Shown piece after piece: positions 23,785 through 41,196 of a stretch of DNA of 64,000 bases (position 1 is the stretch's first letter; every line of letters begins with the position of its first letter). Location of the stretch: contig CAVNZM010000012.1 in assembly GCA_963693365.1 (NCBI GenBank), positions 9,056,001 to 9,120,000 on the forward strand, in the 5' to 3' direction. Under the pieces are notes generated by a model that saw only the letters and a program-made list of their open reading frames with translations, was not told where the DNA came from and ran no database searches. The position numbers and the translations under genes are program-made. The DNA comes from Amoebidium appalachense. Its lineage: Eukaryota > Protista > Ichthyosporea.

Positions 23785-24127
23785 GTAATCACATACTGTT
23801 ACAAATATACACAGGTCAACATGCGCATACAGAGGTCACCACTCACTTATAAGGCAACAGGTGAGTACGGTTTAGGGTCTAAAATATTAAGGTTTCTTGG
23901 CCGTAAGGTTCATTATCTTATCCACCCCTGCCCTGGGGGTCCTTTTTCTGGGCTTCCTGGTTTTTCTTTGTTCAATTCAAATTTACACACAGATAGATGC
24001 ACACATTGTCGCACAGAAAGGCGCATAGTGACCGGGCACCGCGCCTGGATCCACTTAGTGTAAACCGTTCCACTCTTTATTAGCCGGTTGCACACACTCG
24101 CGTGACAGTACACACAAACATAACCAT

Positions 24128-24166
<39 letters not shown>

Positions 24167-24171
24167 GGACA

Positions 24172-24332
<161 letters not shown>

Positions 24333-25360
24333 GTGCACACACATTGACTTTTTCGATCTGTTGATTGGTAAATGTTGAAAGCGAGGACTTCAAGCTAATC
24401 AGAAAAGAATATTGTCTGGTGCACGTATAGACTTTTCTGGTGCACTCAGCCTAATTCTAAGTAGCTAAGTAGGGAAGCCCCAGTCCCCGCTCCGAATCCC
24501 CCCCCCCCCCCCCCCGCGCTGTCCAAGTTATCGTATTTCTCCCCCAAAATCAGGCTCGTAGCACTATACTATTAGTCACAGTGTTTCTTAGTTACCCATT
24601 TGGGATACACCCACGCTTGAGTACAAGTACCAGTTACGTCACTGAGCTAAATGTGCCCATCTCTCACTGCTTGGACCTCTACACAAACGGTGGAACGTGC
24701 ACATAGCTTCAAAGCACCGGTTAGTGTGCTGGTGACATATCTTTTTGATTTTTTGCGCTCATAGTAGGTGTCACTACTTTTGTGTGTGCGTGTGTTGGGG
24801 GGGAGCGGGGGGCAGGGAAGGGGGGGGGGGGGGGGGGAGGGGCGTGAGAGAGGGAGAAGGTGGGTGTTGCATGTGTGAGTGTGGTGAACGGGTGTGTGTG
24901 TGTGCGTATGTTTGTACGATTCATATCAGAGCTTGTGTGGTTAATCAGTGGCTCAGGCTCCTAAGGCTTGTTTGAGAACGAGAATAATATTGAACTATGG
25001 GCTTGTTGCAATTGTCGGTTTGTTTTATAAAAAGGTCATAACACTGGGGCTCCTACTTCACCACCCAAAAGACCCTTGTATGAATAACCTTTAACAAAAA
25101 TAGCAAAACGCGACAAGTCAACAGTACGAGAACATCAGCTTTCACACATCTTTAAGACACTGTGCACTAGAGACACTAGAGCATTATAATTAGAGAAATT
25201 GAAAGTGAATTAAGATGACGGGGGGGGGGGGGGGGAGGGGGAGGGGGGGGGCACAAAATGGGGATTGGGGACCAGAGGAGAGGGAGGGGGGGGGGGGGGG
25301 TGAGGAGGGGTTAAGCCAGTGCGGGGCATCATTTTGGGAGACGGAGGGGTGTTGCTGGTG

Positions 25361-25688
25361 AGGGCCCAACCACATCGCAGAGACAAGTTGCTCTGAGGAG
25401 AATTATTGTACCCGCAATATTTTGCGAATTAGTGTGCGAAAAGCAGAATCATTCAGCCTTTTAGCAGATTTGTTCCGCAAAAAGCAGAGATATTGTACTG
25501 CCAGCTCTGCTTGCTCGAAAAAGAATAATTCTGCTTTCTGTACAATAATGTTGCGTTGTGCAGAATGAGTGTAGCAGAATCGTTTTGCTTTAGGCAGAAC
25601 ATAACTGATTTTTGCGGACTAATAATTCTGATTTCTGCAGAATAATTCTGCTCGGAGCAATCTGACTCGGTCGATGTGGTTGGGCCCT
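25361..25688. mobile_element. MITE with AGGGCCCAACCACATCG terminal inverted repeats
   Basis: A 17-bp perfect TIR extends imperfectly to about 47 bp. The interior is made of degenerate GCAGAATAATTCTG sub-repeats. The TSD is ambiguous. Confidence 0.8.
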
Positions 25689-25962
25689 TTGGTGTTACTT
25701 GCAGATGGCAGGTGGTACGGTGGAGCTCAAGGGATGGCTGGTGGGGTAGGCTGCACCCCCCCCCCCCCCCCCCCCCAATCCTCCCATCCTCCCAATACAC
25801 ACTCACACACAGACACATTTTTCTTTCACAAAAAGGAGGAGGAGAGGGGGGGGGGGGGGGGGGGGGGGGCAGGGAGGGAGGGGGGGCACCCCGGGGGGGG
25901 GGGGGGGGAGGGGGGGGAGAGGGGGGGCACCCGGGGGGGGGGGGGGGGGAGGGCGGGGGGGG

Positions 25963-26079
<117 letters not shown>

Positions 26080-26290
26080 ATAGATCGACATAGGGTGGAA
26101 GGAGGTGGGGGGGGGGGGGGTGAGGAAGAAGAGAGATAGGGAGGGGGAGGGGGGAGGGGGGAGGGAGGGGGGTCCCGGAGGGAGGGGGGGAGAGGGGAGG
26201 AAGAGTCTCACTGCACAGAGAGAGTGTGTGTGTGATCATGAGCGAGAGAGGGCTCCGAGGGAGAGGGGGCCCGGGGAGTGGGGGGGAAGG

Positions 26291-26321
<31 letters not shown>

Positions 26322-27827
26322 AGGCATCTAATCATGCTGTAGTTGCCTCCTAGCATAGGGCGCCCCGGCGGCGCCGGCAAATGTCATGCATCCATTCGCT
26401 GTGCACGTACGCACACAATGGGCACTGATGTACGACACATTCGACTGTACATCCAGTCATATGGCAGCCCGCGTGTCTATTTCTGTATTTCGAACTTGGA
26501 AGCTGCAGCATCTGGAAAACAAAATTCTGGATTGTAAGGTATATGGAAAGAGCCAAGTTGGCTTTGGACTGTTTGGACGGCGTATGTCGGCCACAAGAAG
26601 TCTTCTGACCACGTTGTTCACGCATGACACAATGCAGCTGCACGCGGGCCGGGGGGCCTAGAGAGCATGAAGTGACCAGAACAGCATCAGGCCGATACAA
26701 CACGCATGCGCAGAAAGGCGTTTCACATGCAAGCATATGGAAGTGCAGTGCACACTTCGCCTGTATACATGTACAAGCCCCTCTCGTTCACTTGCCAACA
26801 CTTGCCTGCGCAATGCTGTTGGTGCACATGTAAGTTCAACGCGCGAACAGCTGTTTACATGCAGCCCATATGCCTGGGAGGGCTCACGTTTACGTGCCCT
26901 TGCTGACTCACGACACCAAATGCTGCTTCAGTGTCGTGGCCTTGCCGATAGGCCTAGATCACAATAAAGGGTTTTAGTGATCAATGGTGCTGTGTGGATC
27001 TACAGCAGCAACAGCAGCCGTTTGTTGCTTTTGTTTACACATGAACTAGCCAATCGGATGCGTGAATAAACTTGGAATGTGCGAACACCGTTTGTAAACC
27101 TAATTTTAGGCAATTGTGGTGCATTCTAAGCCAATCGGAATTGCTTGCTTAACGACTAAAGCTTTGGAATTTCGTTCCGGCGCTCTAATTGGTTCGCACC
27201 ATAACTGTATTTTAGAAGCAGCCAATAGCCTCACAGATTCATCTCGGCTCAACAAAAGGAAAAAGTTTTATAGAATCTTCAGCGTTGTGCGTCTATTGGC
27301 CCAGATTATGTGGGACCTATGACGAAAGTAAACGGGTGTGCCATGAGCCAACCAAAACGCAGCCCTCCTTGGACCATTGTTGCTTTAGAGCTCGGCTGGC
27401 GTGCCTACGCGCATGCATGTGCGGACCCATAAAGCAGCAACCCACACCACACAACAGCTCCGTAGCAGTGTGGACGTGTGGACGTTAGAGCCACCACATG
27501 AAGCTTACTAATACCATTCACTTGAACGCAGTGACACATTCGCACAACTTGAATACACAGCTAGCCACTTGAAGTACATTTTCTATAATCACGCAACGAG
27601 AACAACACAGCACAAAACAAACGGTCTTACGAGGCAGCTGATCCGAACTCACATTTCTTTGCACGAACAAAATCGATGCACAAATTCTAAAAACGCACAC
27701 ACTCGAGCAGTTTCAAAGACCAGCACGCGATGGCAAGGACATCAAGACACACACCAACCACACAAACATAAACATCCCTTCACCCCACACACACCCCCAC
27801 CACCCACCATCCACACACCCAGCCACC

Positions 27828-28547
27828 ATGTCTGCACACACCCTCACCACGTGCACCAACCACACCCACATGCCGCTCGAGGCATTTGTGCAACATGTTA
27901 CAAGCATAGTGTCGCGCTCTGTGTTCCTCACGGCCCTCATCTACACCTACCGCCTAAAGAGTGTTGCACCAGGACCCATGGCAGGGTGCTGCCACCACTG
28001 CGGATTTGTTGCCTGTGTGACCCTAGCCATGAAGTACGTGGAGGACCACACGTACGGCAGCCGTGCATGGGAGCAGCACGCACACATGGCCTCCCACACA
28101 CTCGGGCCTCTCGAGTTCCGCATCACACACGCACTTGGCTTCAACCTGCACGTAGCACCAGCCCTCTTCACTTCGTTTGCCACCCTCCTGGGTGTCAGTG
28201 CAAACCTCATACCCACCCACCCATGCCAAGACACAACGCCAAAGGAGATGCCAAGCCCACCCCTCATCACACGTAGGCCCGCCCACCACTGGGTGTGTGC
28301 CATTCTCCTCTCCCCGTGGGACCGCACCCAGCAGTGGCGCACACCCATGGACACCACACAGTGCACGCCTACCCCCGCACCCTCCGACATCGAGAGGGGC
28401 GATCTGGCCTCCCCCGTGCTGGATGTGTGCAAGGTGGGTGGGCGCAAGAGTCCCAGCCCGACCATGTGCGCACGGGCTGCACGTGGCAAGGTCACGTGGC
28501 CCTACCGTGTGCGCACTGCACGCATGGTGGCCGTGGGTGGCGCTTAA
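27828..28547 (+). CDS. PCL/Pho80-type (Pho85/CDK5-associated) cyclin-box protein, intronless, about 239 aa
   Basis: LEAFVQHV...VFLTALIYTYRLK...FVACVTLAMKYVEDHTYGSRAW...LGPLEFRITHALGFNLHV fits the PCL/cyclin-P/U cyclin-box consensus (ALIY.dRL...K...D..Y....W...LE...L..L.fnL.V). Confidence 0.75.
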   Translation: MSAHTLTTCTNHTHMPLEAFVQHVTSIVSRSVFLTALIYTYRLKSVAPGPMAGCCHHCGFVACVTLAMKYVEDHTYGSRAWEQHAHMASHTLGPLEFRITHALGFNLHVAPALFTSFATLLGVSANLIPTHPCQDTTPKEMPSPPLITRRPAHHWVCAILLSPWDRTQQWRTPMDTTQCTPTPAPSDIERGDLASPVLDVCKVGGRKSPSPTMCARAARGKVTWPYRVRTARMVAVGGA

Positions 28548-29123
28548 AGGAACGACACTAAGACCTAGCGTAGCTGAGAAAGAAACAGCCCCAAGTTTCT
28601 ATTTAAACGCAATCGAAAAAGCGAAAATTGCCCCTCCTGTAAATAATGCCATACCACACGTCAAGACTGATTTGTAGATGAGTGAGTGTACATACCCTGG
28701 ACCCTACCCTGATGACGTGTAACTTGCAGTAATGCCGAAAGTTCAATGTTCTTTAAACCTGACTGAAGATTGCACAAGGCCGTGCTGCCTTTAATGATCC
28801 ACCAGTTTTTTAAAGAAAAACAGCAGCGCCGCCGCTACCTCTAAATCGTATCACGTGCACGTGCCCTAAACAAGAATCAATAGTATCCGAGGCTGGTCCC
28901 GGATTGTGAATACACTAAGACGATGAACGACTGTGTCTCAAAGTTTCTGAATGGTCGGGTAAATGCCCCCTACACGAACACTATGTTCTGTGCATGCCCA
29001 GCGGACACACATTCGTAGGACAGCTGGGTCTTGAAAAAAAAAGTTGAGATCCATTTTGCACACACGGACATGCACGTACGAACGCACGCACACACATACA
29101 CACACACATACACACACACGCAC

Positions 29124-29160
<37 letters not shown>

Positions 29161-29278
29161 CTCACTCACACACCGTCACACACGCACACAAACAAACACT
29201 CACAATCACCCACACGTGTGTGCGCGCACGTACACACACATGTAGACACACACACACACGCATGCATGCACACGCACG

Positions 29279-29337
<59 letters not shown>

Positions 29338-29475
29338 ACGCACATCACTCTATTTACAAAACCAATCACATACCCAGGCATTTGAAGCAAAAGTTGGGAC
29401 CCGTGCATTTGCACACAAGAATGTTCACACACATGCGCACGCACGCTCATGCACACGAACACACGTGCGAAAGCG

Positions 29476-29540
<65 letters not shown>

Positions 29541-29836
29541 ACTCACTCACTCACTCACTCACACTCACACCAGGCTGCTCATATTCCCGTGTGTGGGCAC
29601 ATAAGATTCACCCGGCACTAATTAGAAAGTTTTGTCTGAAAGGGCGTCTATCCAACACCCCTGCATCACCTATTCCCCTCACGAACGGGTTTCCACACCA
29701 CTCTTTATAGCCACCCATACGCCTATAGGTATATCCCGTAGTACATACCGACACATATTTTATTGTTACGTGCACACGTGTAGAAATGGGCCCTAGGTGG
29801 AGAGGGGAATGGGGCGGGGAGGGGGTGGGGAAGAGG

Positions 29837-29873
<37 letters not shown>

Positions 29874-30029
29874 AGCAGACTACGTGAAAATGTTACGTCA
29901 CCCCCTCTTCTCCTCGATATGTCACAGAGGAGGGGAGAAAGGGTTCCGTGTGGGATTGGGAGGCGGGGGGGGGGGGGGGGGGGGGGGGGGTTTGTGACAC
30001 TCCACATGCCTGCCTGGGGTTGCTCCACC

Positions 30030-33620
<3,591 letters not shown>

Positions 33621-33645
33621 GGGCCCCCGGGAAAGGGGACCGGGG

Positions 33646-33696
<51 letters not shown>

Positions 33697-34065
33697 GGGG
33701 GGGAGGGACCCACAACCCCGCCGGCCCAGGTGCCCCCCCCCCCCCCCCCCCTCCAAAGAGGGAGGAGAGAGCTCGAGCGGATTCCCATCAAGGGGGACGT
33801 CGATATTTGCTAGTCCCACCCCCCCCCCCCCTCCTCCCCCCCTCCCCTCCCCCCCCCCCACGCCCCCCCCCCCCCCCCCCCCCACCTCAAATTCAAAGCT
33901 TTCCAAACATGACCAAAAATGGGCCAAAAGAAAAAAATTAAGAGAGAGAGAGAGAGAGGGAGGGGGGGGGGGGGGAAGGAGTGAGGGGGGAGAGAGAGAG
34001 GGAGGGAGGGAGGGAGGGAGGGATGGGGGGGGGGGGGGAGAGAGAGAGAGAGAGAGAGACTCGGG

Positions 34066-34100
<35 letters not shown>

Positions 34101-34149
34101 CTGCTCGAGAGAGAGAGAGGGGTGGGGGGGGGGGGAGAAGAGAGAGAGA

Positions 34150-34453
<304 letters not shown>

Positions 34454-35092
34454 AACCTCAGCCGGCAGTGCATGTACAGGCTGTTGCGTCAAAGGAAATT
34501 GAACTACTGCACATCAAATGATGTCCGGGCCGATGGCAATCTGATGGTAATGGCCATGGCCATGCTGGGGAGCAGGACTCACGTGCACCGTGAGAAAATT
34601 CAATGAATTTTAATTCAGATACCGCTGACGCCAAGCAAACCAAATATGTAGCCATGTTGACTCAAATGGCAAACAGACATGCTTGGCAGCAATTGCAATC
34701 TCGTCAGCTGCAGTTGAGACAAACGGGAGCTCTCCGTGAGCCCTCAGCCCTCTGTGGAAGATATGGCGACTCGGCGGAGAACGACTCTGAGGTGCGATCC
34801 GAAGAGTCAATCGACAAAAATGCAGTCGAATTTTGGGCGAAGATCATGCCAAATCATGCCGGAACCTTTGCATCCAATCCGATCCCTGCATTCCGGAGAC
34901 GGCGGGAACGGGCTGGAATGTGGGCGGCAGCAACACACACAGACTCTGTTTTCTTTTTTCCTGTTTGGCCGTTTGACGGCTAATTTTTCCTCGTTTTCCC
35001 CCCGCGGGAATCCATCGGTGGTGGGCTAATCCGCCACCATCCACACCCATCCATAGCTCGTCCGGCCCTCGGAGGCCAAAAAAAACGCAAAG

Positions 35093-37585
35093 ATGGTACG
35101 AATCCATACTTCGTTGTGAAGTTGGGTCTCTTTTTCCCACCGCACTTTCGATAGGATGCAGTTGATGTAGAACAACCAAGCCAATTGTTTACATCTGGCC
35201 ACTTTTCGCTCTATGGCAGCCCATTGCAGCCCTTCATGAGCAAGATATAGAGAATACTAATCAAAATATTAGCAAGGTTGCTGCCAGCCACAACGGCTCA
35301 TATGTAGTGGTTTTTTCCCCATCTACCTCCTTGGTCCGTCTACCATTATGGAGTTCCGTTCAGTCACTTCAGGTTTATGAGCAAGAAATCAATCCCTAAT
35401 TTTTTTCTTCTTTTTTTTTTTCGTGTTTATGTTTATGCTTTCAGCATCAGTGCGGTCATCTATAAGGTGAATGGTTAAATAGCCCACTAAATCCGTGTTT
35501 TTGGGGATAGTGGTTTAGCGCCCCAAATATAAGTGCTAGTACGTATCCTGCATGTTCGAGTTTGCAGCCAGGTTCGCTTGGGAGCAGCACACTCCCTTGG
35601 GCCTCAGTGTCTTTTGTGTGCTTGCCACATAGAAAAGACACTTTTTCTGTTTTGGTGTTTCTGACTTTATGGGTTGCAGAGTCTGTCCAAGAGCGCCAAG
35701 ATGCTGCAGTGGATTAACTACCGTATGCGGGTAACCATCCAGGACGGTAGGCAACTCGTGGGCACGTTTATGGCCTTCGACAAGCACATGAACCTCGTAC
35801 TGGGCGACTGCGAGGAGTACAGAAGAATAAAGCAGAAAAACGTTAAGGGTAAGTGTTTACTGGCTGGGGGGTTTGGCTGGGCCGGGAGGGGGGAGGGGGG
35901 TTGGCTGGGTGGGGGAATAGCGAAAGTGCAAGCAGAAAGACTCGGGTGTGCTTGACCATCCTGTTGTCAGGGAATGCTATCGATCGGGACGGGAAGCTGA
36001 CAGGGGATGGGGGGGGGGGAAGGGGAGAGGTTGTAACCTTGTGTTATACTAGAGGGCCCTGATCGCTTCCGAAAGTATTTTGAAAGGAAGAGAGTGAGAG
36101 TTTGTTTTGGCTAAAGGGTTAACAGGGCATGGCTGATGTATGTGGTTCGTGACACTTGAACTGTTCGTGTCTGGGGACTTACACGTGCACACACACAGGC
36201 AAGCCCGAAAAAGAGGAGAAGAGAGCACTCGGTCTTGTTCTTCTTCGCGGTGAGAATGTCGTCTCCATGTCAGTCGAGGGTCCACCCATTGAAAGTGATG
36301 ACCGTGCTACAGCTATTCCCGTTGCCCCCCCAGGCCCTGGTGTTGGTCGGGCAGCAGGCAGAGGTGTTGCCGTTGCCCCAGTGGCCCAGGCCCCAGCAGG
36401 TCTGACTGGCCCCGTCAGGGGAGTGGGTGGGGCTGCACCGTCAGCCATGCAGCCAATGGCTACAGCACCAATGCCGGGTGGGTGCCTTCCCTCCCCCCCC
36501 CCCCCTCTCTCTTTATCTCTCTGTCTAAGGGTGGGTGGGTATGAAGGGGGGGGGGGGGGGGCGCTGTCTGTAAGGGTGACTGTTTGTGTATGTATGAGTC
36601 TACAGGCGCTTGAATGATGTCAACATGCAATCTAGAGGCCAAGAAAGGGCGAAAAGTTGCATTGGGCCGGTCCGTTCCCCCTTGTCTACGTGCATTCCCC
36701 CACTCCCTCCTTCCTCCCTGCCACCCGTTCCGTGTCTGTGTGAACCGGTCCTGTGCCTCGTAGTAGCCTGCCGATGAGTCTAGAAAGGATTATGAGAGCT
36801 GACTTGCACCCGCTGTTTTTCTTTTACATCCTTCCATGCCGAAGCTCGTTCTAACCTTTCCCCCCCACACACACACGCACACACGCAGGTGCTGTGCCAG
36901 GCAGACCCCCCATGCCCCCCGGGATGGTGCCACCACCGGGTGCACCCCCAGGCATGGCCATGCATCCAGGCATGCCCCCTGGCTTCCCGGGCATGCCCCC
37001 ACCGGGCCAGTTCCCTCCAGGCTTCCCTCCGGGCATGATGCCTCCCCCAGGTAAAACCTTTGTTGCGATGCATGTTCTGTTGGTGTGGGTGTTTGCCCCA
37101 TGATTCGTTCATCATGCTGTTTTTTTTTTAAGCCCCTGGGCTGCCCTCACACTTGGTCTTACCGACACTAATGCCACTCCCCACCCCCAGGCATGCGTGG
37201 ACCCCCTGGTATGCCTCCAGGCATGCGACCACCCGGCCCACCAGGTAAACACTCCTTCTTTGGTTGGTTGTTTTCCCTGGTCTAAGGATGGATTCTTCTT
37301 GTGTTGCATACTGCATGCATGGCTGATGTTGCATAACTGAATGGTTGCTTTTACATCTCTCCTGCACCTTGATTCACATCATGTAGATGTAGTTCGGTTC
37401 GCATTTAAAACCCCTTTGTGGTAGTGTGGGGGGGCATTATGATGAATAGTTGTAGGGCAGGCACCAGTTTGAGTGCTGACACCTCTTCCCCCCCAGGTTT
37501 TGGCCCACCCCCCGGCTTCCCCGGCATGCCACCCCCCGGCATGCCCCCACGTGGTCCCCCGGGCATGCCCCCACCCCGGCAGTAG
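35093..37585 (+). CDS. SNRPB: Small nuclear ribonucleoprotein SmB/B', 6 coding exons, about 251 aa
   Basis: Exons 35093-35095 (ATG only), 35680-35848, 36199-36477, 36889-37050, 37191-37244, 37497-37585. Sm1/Sm2 motifs ([42 protein letters not shown]; [25 protein letters not shown]) and a PPGM-rich tail ending PPPRQ*. Confidence 0.95.
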
Positions 37586-38752
37586 ATCGTACCCGCTAGC
37601 ACCTTCCATATATGGGTGGGTGTGTGCGGGTCGTAGATATGTATCGGGTGCCATATGCACCCTAGCACTAGCGGTATGAAAATGGATCCCAATTCGAATA
37701 TATATGGCTTGTATGGCGTGAACACATGTAATGACATGCTAACAAATAAATATTAACATTTTTGCTGTAAACCGGCCTGCAAATAAAACTTGTGCCCCCA
37801 CAAAACCCCGCCCTCAATCCCAACGCCCACCACCAGCAGTGCGCGCGTGCCTCTGTGGCAGTGTGGTTGTGCATGTATGGGGGCTGTGTCTGTGAATGTT
37901 TGTGTGTGTGTCCGTGTCAGACTCGTGTGTGTGTGTGCATGTTTGGGCATGCGTGTGTGTCACTTGTGTATCTGTGTGATTGCAATAGTGAATACTGTGT
38001 GTGGGGATCATGGCACTATATAATTATGGGCCACTGCAAGCCGCCGGCCAATCAATTCTGGTGACACCGTGACATAGCCCCCACGGATAGGTAAATAAAA
38101 TTATACACATATTGTGACCTGTGAGATGTATGTGTGTGTGTCTGTCACAGTACATTGTGTGTGTGTAGGTACGTTTGTTGTGTTGAGTGTGTGCATGCAT
38201 GTGTGTACATGCATGTGCATGTGCGTGTGCGTGTGTGTAAATGCGTGGCACAATGCGAAACTTTGAAGCGTGTATGTGTGCTCGTGTGCAATGTCATTCA
38301 GCGTATGACAGAGACAGTACATGTGCAAGAAAAGAATTGGTGTTCTAGAAACAAAGAGCACAAAAGTTTATTTTTAAGGGCAAGGGAAGGTATCGGAGGG
38401 AAATTTTGTAAACAAGGACCGAGTGTGATATGATCCTTCGGGCAGAGATATGGAAATTACAAAGGAAATATTTATACTGAAATATTGCCTCTAGTTACAT
38501 AGAGAAGCAACGATTCTGAAAACAGTTACTCCGAGAGAAGGATACAGTAGCGACTATCAAACTGAGAAAATGACTGTGAACTCGGAAACCTCGCAGATAA
38601 CTTATGAAAACCCCTATTTCATAGCTTTGGAAACAAAAACTTCTGTAAAGTGAAAACTCCTAGATATTCTATCTATGACAAACCCCCCCAGTTTAATTAT
38701 CGATTTGAAAACAGAACTCTTATGAAATGAAAACTTTTTCTTTTGACTGGAT

Positions 38753-40788
38753 TTATTCGACGGAAAGATATGCAAGTATGCACGGCATACTGAGAAAACT
38801 CCTACAAACCCCCCCTACAGGGGCACGTGCACGACTCAGCTGTCTCATCCTTTTCCCCTCCGCAGCTGACAGATAGAATGATTCCACAGACTCGAGTGTG
38901 ATGTTGGGACACGTTGCAAGGACGGTGAGGTCCATATGTGGAAACTCATCCATCACTACATGTGAGAGGTTGGGGTGGCCCCTTAACGAGCCGAGGCTGC
39001 GTAACGAATCCAAGCGGCTGAGTTCGAGTGTTTTAAGGGCGGTGGTGCCAGCTAGCGCACTGATGTCGGTGAGTTTGGGGCACTTGCGTATGTTTACCGT
39101 CGTCGGAAGTGGTGCATACATGGGCGCATTGCCGAGTGTGGTGAGGTCGTCTGAATAGCCAAACGTAAACGACCTCAGGTTGAGGTGGTTGATCTCAAAG
39201 ATACCAGGGACACCTTGAACAGACAAGTCGAAAACGGAAGACGGCACCTCGAGGGTTTGGGTGTCGAGTGCGTGACAAGCCGAGCTCGAGAAAGCGAGAG
39301 TCCGCAACTTGGTGCATTTCGAGATTCCTTCGACATTGTTATAATTGCGCAAAGACTTGCACTGTTTTACTGTCACTGTCCTCATGTGCCATGCGCTGAC
39401 ACTGCTGAAATGTGTGCGATAGTTTTGGTGCTATCAATGGTTAGGTGTTGAAGGAACGGCAACCCATTGAACACGATGGCAATGTCTCTCGTCCAGTTAC
39501 TTGAATCACCGACCGAAACACGGCAGTTCTCTATGTGGAGTGTGGTGAGGGTGGAAAACTGGGCTAGCCACGCCGGAGAAACTGCAAAATAGTGAAGGGT
39601 GAGGTGTCTCATGGTCGTGGCGGCCATGTTGAAGAAAGCGGGTGGGGTTTGGTAATGCCCGGGCTAGGAGGGTGCATAGTTGCTGGAATACGACACCAGC
39701 TGGGTTGGTTCGAAACCAGGGAACGTGGTGCGAATGTCCCTACCCTCAATGCTGATTTTGCGCAGTTTCTGAAAAGGTCCGTTCACCGACACATTTGCAT
39801 GCCCACTTCCTTCAATGCGAAGCACCTCCAAGTTAGGAAGGTGCGGCACCTCCACCTTGTCGTGCTTGAAATGTTTTGAGGTGATCCACAAACATTTCAG
39901 ATTCTCACACTTGCCTAGTGCGCTCAAGTCCAATTTCCTATCTGGCAGCGTGTGATAAATGATGGCAATGACTTCGACGTCTGGGAACATAAATGGGTAA
40001 CTTTGACAAGACGGCCATATCATCATAGCGTATTTCGAACTTGAGTTTCTTTACTCCCTTTTGATTGGCACATTCGGTCGTTTCATATCACCAACGAAAA
40101 TACACAGAGGACTTATCAGGCACAGACTTTCCAAAACAGGACACTTCCTCCGCACCACACGTAAGACTATCGTTGGCAGATTCGACCCGGAAAGATGCCC
40201 TGCAAGAACAATGGACGTAAGTCTACCCGCGACCGAATCGAGCCCCGCTTTCAAAATAACACCCCAAAACTTCTCACACGCGCCCTTGTCGCCCCCTATC
40301 CGCGAGATTTTCAGAGTTTTCAGGTTGATGAGGCTTGCCATTTCCTTGCAGAATTGGAGTGTGTGGTTTCGCTGTGCGGCCTTCTTCCATGTCCAATTCG
40401 AATTGAACCCGAACGTGACTTCTCCGATTGCCGCATGCCACGGCTTCATTTCACTCAACTTACACACCACGAACCCGTCCCTTTCCCCATCCTCCTCGGA
40501 GCGTTCCCACGCACGTGCGGCGCTCATAACCATCATCCCGCTTCGACTCACATTCACCATCTCCTTCCCCCGATCGATTCTCACCCGTCTCCGACAAAGA
40601 ATCCTCACTCATTTCATCAACCAGCTGCAGCTGTGCAAAGGCAGGTATTATGATTAGGCCTGCATGGGGGGACCGTGCCAGGGCACAGCATCGACGAGAC
40701 ACGAGGGAAAACGACAGACGGCTGGCAAGGGGCAGATGGCGAATAATCTGGAAGAGAACCTCCTCCGGAAAGCGGGGCAGGGGGGCAT
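38753..40788 (-). pseudogene. F-box/leucine-rich-repeat protein, disrupted
   Basis: After acceptor cccgcag: F-box LPRFPEEVLFQIIRHLPLASRLSFSLVSRRCCALA, then LRRs (LINLKTLKI, CENLKCLWI, LPNLEVLRI, CPKLTDISALAGTTALKTLEL). Frameshifts at about 40.5 kb, two at about 40.0-40.06 kb and one at about 39385, plus an in-frame TAG at 39664-39666. The upstream exon was not located. Confidence 0.75.
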
Positions 40789-40899
40789 CTGCGGGTGAAA
40801 ACAGTCAATCAAGATGAGCGACAACAGCAGAGATAAACAAAGCAGCAGGGAGAGGGGGGGGGCCCAGAAAGACAGAGGGGGAGAAGGGAGGAAAGAGAA

Positions 40900-40956
<57 letters not shown>

Positions 40957-41059
40957 GAGAGAGAGACTTTCTAAAAATCGGTTGTGAAAAAACGTCTGAT
41001 CGGTCAACGAAGAACAGATGAGACACAGGTGCAAACAGAATGCCGTCACATGCAGGAAT

Positions 41060-41196
41060 ACCAAGCAACAGCAACACCAAGCAACACCAGCCAAGCAACA
41101 GCAATACAAAGTAACAGCAACACCAAGCAACAGCAATACCAAGCAACAGCAATACCAAGCAACATCAACACCAAGCAACAGCAACACCAAGCAATT
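41060..41196. repeat. Tandem repeat of about 16 bp (CCAAGCAACAGCAACA) x about 8
   Basis: Directly visible. Confidence 0.85.

Noticed and set aside
28709-28740. Hammerhead-like CTGATGA...GAAA
   Set aside because: No convincing stem II closing pair or flanking stems I/III.
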